A program made the position numbers and the translations under genes. A stretch of 64,000 nucleotides of DNA from Methanomicrobiaceae archaeon (GTDB lineage Archaea > Halobacteriota > Methanomicrobia > Methanomicrobiales > Methanoculleaceae), in the NCBI GenBank assembly GCA_020854755.1, contig JAHKLN010000011.1, positions 2,131 to 66,130 on the forward strand, in the 5' to 3' direction. Shown one piece after another: positions 57,180 to 64,000 of the stretch; the stretch's first letter is position 1; the number at the start of each line of letters is the position of its first letter. The notes under the pieces were generated by a model. It did not search any database and was not told where the DNA came from. It worked only from the letters and a program-made list of their open reading frames with translations.

Positions 57180-58544
57180 ATGCAGGAGTCAGAGCGTCCA
57201 CCCGATCCGAATGCTCCGCGGCTGCCACACGAGGAGGATCTCCTCCGCGTGCTGGAGGAGCTCTACGGAGGATTCGCCGATGCGAAGGAGACGCTTTCGG
57301 CGATCCGGAAGGGCGAGGTCGACGCCTTCCTCGTCTCCGCGGAGGACGGGGAGAAGATCTACACCTTAAAGACCGCCGAGCATCCCTACCGCGTGCTGAT
57401 CGAGCAGATGCGGGAAGGTGCGGCGATTCTGTCTGCCGGCGGCACCATCCTCTACAGCAACGAAAGCTGCGCCCGGCTGCTCGGGATGCCGCTCGAGAAG
57501 GTGATGGGGGAGTCGATCCACCGGTTCATTGCTCCTGCCGATGCGGTGCGTTTCCGGAGGATGATGGAGGCGGGGGATCTTTTTGGCAGTGCGGTCGAGA
57601 GCACGCTGCAGACGCCCGGAGGACGGCAGGTGCCGGTGCACCTCTCGCTGAAACTGCTGCAGTTGGACGGGGTGCAGATCTACTCCCTGGTCGCAACCGA
57701 TCTGACAGAGCGGGTACAGGCAGAAGAGACCCTGCGCAGGGCTTATGAAGAGCTCGAGGACCGGGTGGAAGAGCGGACCGCCGAACTGGCTGAGTACAAC
57801 GACCGGCTCCGGATCGAGATCGATGAGCGCAGGCGGGCCGAAGAGGCGCTTCGCTGCCGCACCGGCGATCTCATCCGGCAGAGCCGGGAGATCGAAGAGG
57901 CGCAGCGCATGGCGAACCTCTACCTGGACATCATGACGCATGATATCAGGAACGCCAACAACGTCTCGGGGATATACGCTGATCTTCTCGTCGATCTGCT
58001 CGAAGAGAATCTCAGGGAGTATGCGGAGCGGCTCCAGGCCAGCATCAAGAGGAGCACCGAGATCCTCCAGAACGTCGCCACCATACGGCGGATACATGCA
58101 GGTTCTCCCGACCTGGTGCCGGTTAATCTTGACGCCGTCATCAGGGAGGAGATCCGGAACTATCCCGGCGCAGCAGTCCGGTACGACCGGACGAACGCCA
58201 CTGTCCGGGCGGACGGCCTCCTCCCGGTGATCTTCACGAACCTGATCGGCAACGCCGTCAGGCACGCCGGATCCGGCGCCGATATTACCATCCGTGTGGA
58301 AGACCGGGACGGCGAGGTGCTCGTTTCGGTCGAGGATACCGGTCCGGGCGTGTCGGATGGGATGAAAGGAAAACTCTTCAACCGGTTCGAGCGCGACGGG
58401 AACATTGGCCGCGGAGAAGGCCTCGGCCTCTTCATCGTCCGGACGCTCGTTGAGCGCTACGGCGGCAGGATCTGGGCCGACGACCGCGTGCCCGGCCGCC
58501 CGGAGGAAGGGGCGGCGTTCCGGTTCACGCTCCGGAAGGCCTGA
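57180..58544 (+). CDS. cytoplasmic PAS histidine kinase (THDIxN type)
   Basis: PAS (REGAAILSAGGTILYSNESCARLLG), LDIMTHDIRNANN, NLIGNAVRHAG, DTGPGV, GLGLFIV. The C-terminal 30 aa are nearly identical to the kinase at 25199..27118. Confidence 0.85.
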   Translation: MQESERPPDPNAPRLPHEEDLLRVLEELYGGFADAKETLSAIRKGEVDAFLVSAEDGEKIYTLKTAEHPYRVLIEQMREGAAILSAGGTILYSNESCARLLGMPLEKVMGESIHRFIAPADAVRFRRMMEAGDLFGSAVESTLQTPGGRQVPVHLSLKLLQLDGVQIYSLVATDLTERVQAEETLRRAYEELEDRVEERTAELAEYNDRLRIEIDERRRAEEALRCRTGDLIRQSREIEEAQRMANLYLDIMTHDIRNANNVSGIYADLLVDLLEENLREYAERLQASIKRSTEILQNVATIRRIHAGSPDLVPVNLDAVIREEIRNYPGAAVRYDRTNATVRADGLLPVIFTNLIGNAVRHAGSGADITIRVEDRDGEVLVSVEDTGPGVSDGMKGKLFNRFERDGNIGRGEGLGLFIVRTLVERYGGRIWADDRVPGRPEEGAAFRFTLRKA

Positions 58545-58615
58545 ACCGGCAGGTAACTTCGAAATATTTCGTAATTACAGACAGGTTTAACGGATCGGCA
58601 TGCCAATATCCGGTC

Positions 58616-59908
58616 ATGAAACGCATATCACCGACGATTTTTGTCCTGGCAGTGATCCTCGCGCTCGGCTGCATCGTTGCGGGGTGCGCCGATATGCAGG
58701 GAGCGATATCAGCGAGATCTGCCGGGGAGGAGACGCTGGATGATCAGTCGGCGGACGCTATCGATAGCGTGGCTGCGGGGAACAACCGGTTCGCCTGCGA
58801 TCTGTACCGCAATCTGGCCGACGATCCGAAATACGCGGAAACCAACCTCTTCTTCTCGCCCTACAGCATCTCATCGGCTCTTGCGATCACCTACGAGGGC
58901 GCCCGCGGCACGACTGCCGACGAGATCCGATCGGTGCTCCACCTGCCGGAGAACGATACCCTGCGGCGGGAAGGGTTCTCCGGGATCAACGCCCGGATGA
59001 ACAGCGTGGATGCCGCCTGCACCCTCCGGACGGCGAACGCACTCTGGGCGGAGGAGACGTATCAGTTCCTGCCGGAGTATATCGAGACGGCAGAGCGCTA
59101 TTACGGCGCGAACGCAACAAACATCGACTTCATCAACGCTCCCGAGGAGTCGCGCAGCACCATCAACCGCTGGGTGGAGGAGCGGACCGAAGAGAAGATC
59201 CGGGATCTGCTGCCGCCCGGCTCGATCGACCCGGTGACAAGGCTGGTGATCACAAACGCCATATACTTCGAGGGGACGTGGGTGAAGCAGTTCGATGAGA
59301 ATCTCACACGGGACGATGATTTCCGGGTTGCACCGGAAAGGGCCGTGCGTGTCCCGATGATGCAGCGGACCGGCGAAGATGCCGTCTTTAACTATACGGA
59401 GACCGGGACCGTCCAGGTGCTCGGGATGCCGTATGCGCACGAGAGCGGACGGCAACTCTCGATGCTCGTCATCCTTCCGAACGACGAAAACCTGACGGCC
59501 GCCGAAGCGGCTCTTGATCCGGAGCAGATCGGGGAGCTCCGGCAGTCGCTGGTCTCGCAGCGCGTGGACGTCTTCTTCCCGAAATTCACGCTCGAGACGG
59601 AGTACTCCCTTCCGGAGACGCTTGCGGCGATGGGGATGCCGACGGCGTTTTCCGGGGCGGCCGATCTCTCGGGTATGGACGGCACGAGAGACCTCTTCAT
59701 CAGCGATGTCATCCACAAGGCGTTTGTCGACGTGGACGAGGAGGGCACCGAGGCCGCGGCCGCGACCGCGGTTGTCGTCCGCCTGGTATCTGCGCCCCAG
59801 AACAATGATATTCCCGTCTTCAGGGCGGATCACCCCTTCGTCTTCCTCATTCTCGATGACGATACCGGAAACATCCTCTTCATAGGAAGGGTGGCGAACC
59901 CGGCGTGA
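58616..59908 (+). CDS. serpin-family protease inhibitor with signal/lipobox-like N-terminus
   Basis: LALGCIVAGC. NLFFSPYSISSALAITYEGARGTTADEI. Hinge and reactive-centre region DVDEEGTEAAAATAVVVRLVSAP...FRADHPFVFLI. Confidence 0.9.
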   Translation: MKRISPTIFVLAVILALGCIVAGCADMQGAISARSAGEETLDDQSADAIDSVAAGNNRFACDLYRNLADDPKYAETNLFFSPYSISSALAITYEGARGTTADEIRSVLHLPENDTLRREGFSGINARMNSVDAACTLRTANALWAEETYQFLPEYIETAERYYGANATNIDFINAPEESRSTINRWVEERTEEKIRDLLPPGSIDPVTRLVITNAIYFEGTWVKQFDENLTRDDDFRVAPERAVRVPMMQRTGEDAVFNYTETGTVQVLGMPYAHESGRQLSMLVILPNDENLTAAEAALDPEQIGELRQSLVSQRVDVFFPKFTLETEYSLPETLAAMGMPTAFSGAADLSGMDGTRDLFISDVIHKAFVDVDEEGTEAAAATAVVVRLVSAPQNNDIPVFRADHPFVFLILDDDTGNILFIGRVANPA

Positions 59909-59930
59909 GGGGTGGCGATCGATCCCCGGG

Positions 59931-60713
59931 CTACAGCGGGAGTTCGGCCTCCAGGACGGCGAAGAACCGCTCTCTCGCCCTCCGCTCTCGCCAGGGGGTA
60001 TGGCCGCACGCCTCCAGCGTGATGAACCGGAAGTCGGCGAGCACGCGGGAGAGGGGTGCTGCGACCCCTTCTGCCGGGTGGGGGTCGTAATCGCCGTGGA
60101 TGGCGACGACGGGGCAGCAGATCCGCTCCCCGAGCGCCAGGAGCTCTCCGCTCCTCCGCAGCCGCTCCGCCTCCCCCCATACCCGGCAGAAGATATCAGG
60201 CCGGAGTTCGCAGGCCTCGCCGCCGCCGGGCAGAGGGTCGAGGTGATCGGCACTTGACAGCACCTCCCCGAGCCGTGCGAGCGCCGCAGGAGCCGCTCCT
60301 CCGCTATCCCCGAGGGCACGCATCAGGGAGAGGGCTTCCTTGCGTTCGCTATCCTCCAGCCGGGAGAGGCGGGTGTTCTGGACCAGAGGAGCGTACCGCT
60401 CCTCAAAAGGCCCGCTCCCGATCAGGACGACCTTTGCCGCAAGCGCTGGATACCGGGCGGCGGCGATGAACGCGAGCCAGGCGCCCCAGGAGTGCCCGAC
60501 GAGGGTTGCCGGGCAGGCGGCGTGCTCCTCAAGCACCCCGGCAAGTTCCTGCACCTGCCCTTCCAGCGTCGCCGCCTGCTGCAGCGGTTCGAGGACGCCC
60601 CGCCGAAAAGAGAGCGCCCGGGCGACCGGGGCCATCTCGCCTGCCGCTCCGGGTCCTCCGTGCACGACGGCAACGGCGTACGGGGCGGCGCCGTACCTGC
60701 GCAGGGCAGTCAT
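59931..60713 (-). CDS. alpha/beta-fold hydrolase
   Basis: VVHGGPG and the nucleophile elbow GHSWGAW. C-terminal AIHGDYDPH...EACGHTP. Confidence 0.85.
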   Translation of the reverse strand: MTALRRYGAAPYAVAVVHGGPGAAGEMAPVARALSFRRGVLEPLQQAATLEGQVQELAGVLEEHAACPATLVGHSWGAWLAFIAAARYPALAAKVVLIGSGPFEERYAPLVQNTRLSRLEDSERKEALSLMRALGDSGGAAPAALARLGEVLSSADHLDPLPGGGEACELRPDIFCRVWGEAERLRRSGELLALGERICCPVVAIHGDYDPHPAEGVAAPLSRVLADFRFITLEACGHTPWRERRARERFFAVLEAELPL

Positions 60714-61008
60714 ACCAGGTATGTGGCCGGATACCCAATAGTCCTGTGCATCGGTGCGGCGGTCGCACGCTGCCCCATAAAACGGGAGCAGAATGGGACA
60801 CCTCGATCTGTGCGCTCCCGCCGCAGGCTTCTCTGCCGGATCAACCCGGGGCTTTCCATCTACGATCCCGGCGTAATCCCCGGGCAGACTCGTGCCCTTT
60901 TTCTTCTGCCATGCCTACCCTTGAGTTGATCAGGACGATGCCGCATCCGGAGGCAGGGTTTTCTCCCGCTGCCGGTCAGGCATCGTGCGTCGAGGGAGGT
61001 TACCTGAT

Positions 61009-61497
61009 ATGGATACACGCACATTCTGTGTGAAACTGGTCGGCATTGTGCATGCCGATGAAGGATCGTTCTCGATCGAGCTTGCCGGGCCGTTCCGGCC
61101 CGCCCTTCTGGGCCTTGACGGATTCAGCCATATGCTCGTGCTCTGGTGGTGCGACCGGGTTGATACGGAAGAGCGCCGGAGCGAGACTGTCTGCAGAAAG
61201 CCGTACACCAAAGGCCCGGAGACGATCGGGATCTTTGCCACCCGGTCGCCGGTCCGGCCAAACCCGATCGCGCTGTCGGCAGTACCGGTGCTCGGTATCG
61301 ATACGGCCGCGGGCATCATCAGCATTCCGTTCATCGATGCCGGCGACGGGACGCCGGTGCTGGACATCAAGCCCTATCTCCCGGCCACCGAGCGAATACG
61401 GGAGGTGAGCGTGCCTGCATGGTCTTCGCACTGGCCGCAGTGGTACGAAGACAACCGGGGGTTTGACTGGGCGGCGGAGTTCACCTCCGAGGAATGA
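61009..61497 (+). CDS. TsaA/YaeB (TrmO-like, UPF0066) SAM-dependent methyltransferase family
   Basis: Start at ATG 61009 with a GGAGG-containing RBS. FSHMLVLWW, GIFATRSPVRPNPIALS and DGTPVLDIKPYLP. Confidence 0.85.
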   Translation: MDTRTFCVKLVGIVHADEGSFSIELAGPFRPALLGLDGFSHMLVLWWCDRVDTEERRSETVCRKPYTKGPETIGIFATRSPVRPNPIALSAVPVLGIDTAAGIISIPFIDAGDGTPVLDIKPYLPATERIREVSVPAWSSHWPQWYEDNRGFDWAAEFTSEE

Positions 61498-61510
61498 ACG
61501 CATTCCGGCC

Positions 61511-62308
61511 TTATGGGGGGGCCGGGTACGGCCGCACCGAAGCGGCGACGGCGGCAAGTTCGTCCTCGGGGAGCGGGCCCTGGAGGCAGAACGACGCGCT
61601 CCCGTCGCTCCAGGAGAGCTGGTGCTGCCCGATTCCTTCGACGTATTTCCCCGGTTGGCCGTTGACCGTGACATTCTTCGTAGAGGGCATGCTGAGCGCG
61701 AAGGGGTAGGGCGGATCGCCGGCACAGGTCTGGACGAGACGGAGTTCGGAGGTCTCGTTCGTGTAGACGACGTCCCGGCGCGGGCAGGGATCGCCGAATA
61801 TCCGGACGGCGACGAGCGCGTAGCCGGACGGCAGGTATTCCGGGGCGGCGAGGGCGCAGCCGGGAGGCAGGGCGGCGGCAGCCTCCTTGAGTGTGGGGAC
61901 CTCTAGCGGCGGCGCCGTGTACATGCAGGGAGGGGGATCCTTTACATACTGCCACGTCCGGCTGACGATGGTCTCGTTCTCGACATCCACATACACCCGG
62001 TAGCGGGAGGGGATATCGGTCGGCCGGAGGACGACGACCGTGCAGGTGCCCGCAACGGTGCCTTCGGGCCCCGTGCTCTCAAGATACCCCTCGGTCACCT
62101 CGACGATCTCGTACTCCCCCTCCTCGATCGGAATATTCCGCCGGACTTCCGGGTCTGCGAGTGCGATGGCAATCGCCTGTTCGGTCTCGTTTGCCGGCAT
62201 CTCGTCACCCGCCGGGAGATCGACGCACCCTGCCGCCAGGAGAAGCAGCAGGCAGAGCCCCGCAGCGCCGGCAGGCATCCCGGGCCTCGTGCGGCAGCGG
62301 CCGGTCAT
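61511..62308 (-). CDS. lipoprotein-like secreted protein (DUF4367-like C-terminus, tentative)
   Basis: Start at ATG 62308 with GGAGG 7 nt upstream. AGLCLLLLLAAGC is lipobox-like. The C-terminus has LPSGYALV...LSWSDG. Confidence 0.6.
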   Translation of the reverse strand: MTGRCRTRPGMPAGAAGLCLLLLLAAGCVDLPAGDEMPANETEQAIAIALADPEVRRNIPIEEGEYEIVEVTEGYLESTGPEGTVAGTCTVVVLRPTDIPSRYRVYVDVENETIVSRTWQYVKDPPPCMYTAPPLEVPTLKEAAAALPPGCALAAPEYLPSGYALVAVRIFGDPCPRRDVVYTNETSELRLVQTCAGDPPYPFALSMPSTKNVTVNGQPGKYVEGIGQHQLSWSDGSASFCLQGPLPEDELAAVAASVRPYPAPP

Positions 62309-62610
62309 CGACACTCCTCCCGGCGGTATCCGGGGATTGGGTCTGCCCTGCAGAAGAGCGCCCCGGCACTGGCTGCACCTGCATTCTGCTTCATACGCCT
62401 TCAGGGTTAGATCCAGGCCGACAGGATAAAGGGTTTTTGGTGCGATCTCCCTTTGCGCGTGCTTTTGCAGATGGTTGTCATGGCAATGCCTTATGGCGTA
62501 ATGCCGGGGTCGGGACAGAGAAAAGCCCGGGAAGCTCGTGCTGCGCCTAATGTATCCGGTCACACAGCCCTCCCGGCATCGAAAGGAATAAGTATGTGTA
62601 AAAATAATTA

Positions 62611-62637
62611 AACACGTGTTGACATTATATTTCAACA
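62611..62637 (+). promoter_or_regulatory. overlapping palindromes at the 5' end of the ArsR-like gene
   Basis: AACACGTGTT (62611..62620) is a perfect palindrome. TGTTGA-N9-TCAACA (62617..62637) encloses ATTATATTT. Confidence 0.3.
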
Positions 62638-62924
62638 CTATCCCCGAACTGGCACGGGTGCTCGGCATGCTGGGGAACGAACAGCGTCTCGCCATCCTCA
62701 GGTCGATCTCGAGCGAAGAGAAGTACGCCCGCGAGATAGCAGAGGAGCTCGGCATTTCACGCCCGCTGGTGAACATCTACCTCAAGCAGCTCGAAAAGCT
62801 CGGGCTTGTGGAGGCAACCAGCAGGACATCGGAAGAGCCGCCGTACCTCCGGCGGTATTACCGGGCGGTGCCGTTTGAACTCGTGGTGAATCTTGAGATG
62901 ATCGAAAGATTACGGAGGTCATAG
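62616..62924 (+). CDS. ArsR-family winged-HTH regulator
   Basis: LGNEQRLAILRSISSEEKYAREIAEELGISRPLVNIYLKQLEKLGLV. The start is uncertain: GTG 62616 or ATG 62667. The latter would fit a promoter formed by the upstream palindrome/TATA-like region. Confidence 0.75.
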   Translation: MLTLYFNTIPELARVLGMLGNEQRLAILRSISSEEKYAREIAEELGISRPLVNIYLKQLEKLGLVEATSRTSEEPPYLRRYYRAVPFELVVNLEMIERLRRS

Positions 62925-62927
62925 AAA

Positions 62928-63272
62928 ATGAAGGGAAATTTGATGAATAAATTCGTTATTGCGGCGTGGGTCGCCGTTCTTGCACTGTGGGCGATCGTGA
63001 TTCTCGGTGGACTGTTCATCGAACCCCAGATGCTTGGTCACGGCGTGCAGGGCATTGCCTGGGTGACGATCAATCTGGCAATCTTTACGTTGCTCGTCTA
63101 TGTCGTTGTCCGGCTGAAAGAATGGATCGAACAGCGCACAGATCATATCGCGGAGCGAAGTTCCGGCACTGCGGATGCAGACGCCGAGCTTGGGGTGCTC
63201 CGGAATAAAGTTGATGCGCTTGAGCAGAAGGTCGACCGCATCCTGACAATTCTTGAGGATGTGGCGGAGTGA
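62928..63272 (+). CDS. small two-helix membrane protein with coiled-coil tail
   Basis: ATG 4 nt after the ArsR-like stop. FVIAAWVAVLALWAIVILGGLF and WVTINLAIFTLLVYVVV, then LRNKVDALEQKVDRILTILE. Confidence 0.6.
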   Translation: MKGNLMNKFVIAAWVAVLALWAIVILGGLFIEPQMLGHGVQGIAWVTINLAIFTLLVYVVVRLKEWIEQRTDHIAERSSGTADADAELGVLRNKVDALEQKVDRILTILEDVAE

Positions 63273-63377
63273 GGCCGAATGCGCAGGATCTCGCACGTAT
63301 TGAGTGCGCCGCAGTGTTATACTGGCGGACGGAAGTAGCAGGGAGCGGACGCCCCGGGGGAGTGCCGGGTCATTCTG

Positions 63378-63968
63378 TCACTCATGGCGGGTCACTGTCG
63401 TCAGCCGCCAGGCGAGAAGAACCCCGCACGAGACGCCACCCACGACCAGGACGGCTGCCGCCATCGAGGCGACGGAACTACTCCCCAGCACGAACGCACG
63501 GACGAAGAGCAGCGGCAGGAGGACGGCATATAGGATCGCGATGCGCACCGGATTGGCCCCGGCAGCACCGCCGTCGAAGAGGAGATGCCCGAGTGCCAGC
63601 GTGGCGCCGGCGAGGACGAGGATCCAGAGGGGCCTGAGTACCGGGTAGGATGCAGACGCGAAGATGTAGACGAGTGAAAAGATCACCACCGTCAGGATGT
63701 CGACCGCTGTTCTTGCTGCGCTCCGGGCGGGCACGACGCGGCTTTCACCATGTGTGGAGCGCGACTTCATCATGTGGCTCACAATCGCCGGGAGATAGGG
63801 GCTATAGAGGTGTTCCCTCCTCCGGTACCTGGTCATGAGCGCCACGTAGATGCCGGTGGGGACCATCGCAAGGATGAAAGGCCAGAAACCGGGCACATGC
63901 ACGTATCCCGCCATATCCGACAGGCCGATCGCCATGAAGGACGCGAACCAGACGGCAATGGAGCGCAT
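63378..63968 (-). CDS. polytopic membrane protein, no family recognised
   Basis: ATG 63968 (the track start 63971 is a GTG) with GGAGG just upstream. ~6 hydrophobic segments. Confidence 0.55.
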   Translation of the reverse strand: MRSIAVWFASFMAIGLSDMAGYVHVPGFWPFILAMVPTGIYVALMTRYRRREHLYSPYLPAIVSHMMKSRSTHGESRVVPARSAARTAVDILTVVIFSLVYIFASASYPVLRPLWILVLAGATLALGHLLFDGGAAGANPVRIAILYAVLLPLLFVRAFVLGSSSVASMAAAVLVVGGVSCGVLLAWRLTTVTRHE

Positions 63969-64000
63969 CACCTCCTCTTTCAGGATCGAGTCGACAACGA

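Noticed and set aside
58871-60319. 482-aa minus-strand ORF
   Set aside because: It is antisense to the clearly recognisable serpin gene, overlaps the alpha/beta-hydrolase gene out of frame, and is Arg/Gly/Pro-rich.

Overview
GC-rich, gene-dense segment that looks archaeal, most like a Methanomicrobiales-type methanogen. That placement is an inference from A/T-rich TATA-box-like promoters, PGF-/PEF-CTERM-like surface-protein tails, a UPF0305/DUF2115-like gene, a 6-phospho-3-hexuloisomerase-like gene and THDIxN-type histidine kinases.

The dominant feature is a ~23.5 kb cluster of 19 minus-strand genes (28198-51723) encoding a complete phage-tail-like contractile injection system of the eCIS/PLTS type. 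It has sheath, T4 gp19-like tube, DUF4255 cap, AAA+ ATPase, tube-adaptor plus LysM-like protein, gpD-like hub, gpV/gp5 spike, PAAR-like tip, gp25, two baseplate-J-like proteins, a P2 gpI-like protein and a terminal beta-helix protein. Two tandem DUF4157 (HExxH) proteins sit inside the operon as candidate payloads. No capsid, portal, terminase or integrase genes are present in the window. Nearly all gene junctions are 1- or 4-nt stop/start overlaps.

The cluster is bracketed by a direct repeat: 27196-27755 is a deleted copy of 53435-54383, which carries an intact DUF488 gene. A decayed second sheath+tube copy lies at 24230-25045.

Other content:
- A kaiC-kaiB-kaiB-histidine kinase cluster.
- Several toxin-antitoxin modules: VapBC, MntA/HepT, a wHTH-nucleotidyltransferase with a frameshifted HEPN partner, and an orphan RelB-like gene.
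- Surface and secreted proteins: NHL propeller, CAP domain, serpin.
- Cardiolipin synthase, peroxiredoxin and other housekeeping-type enzymes.
- Several gene remnants.

I recognised no rRNA, intact tRNA, CRISPR array, transposase or integrase. All family assignments rest on motifs read by eye from the translations; no searches were run.
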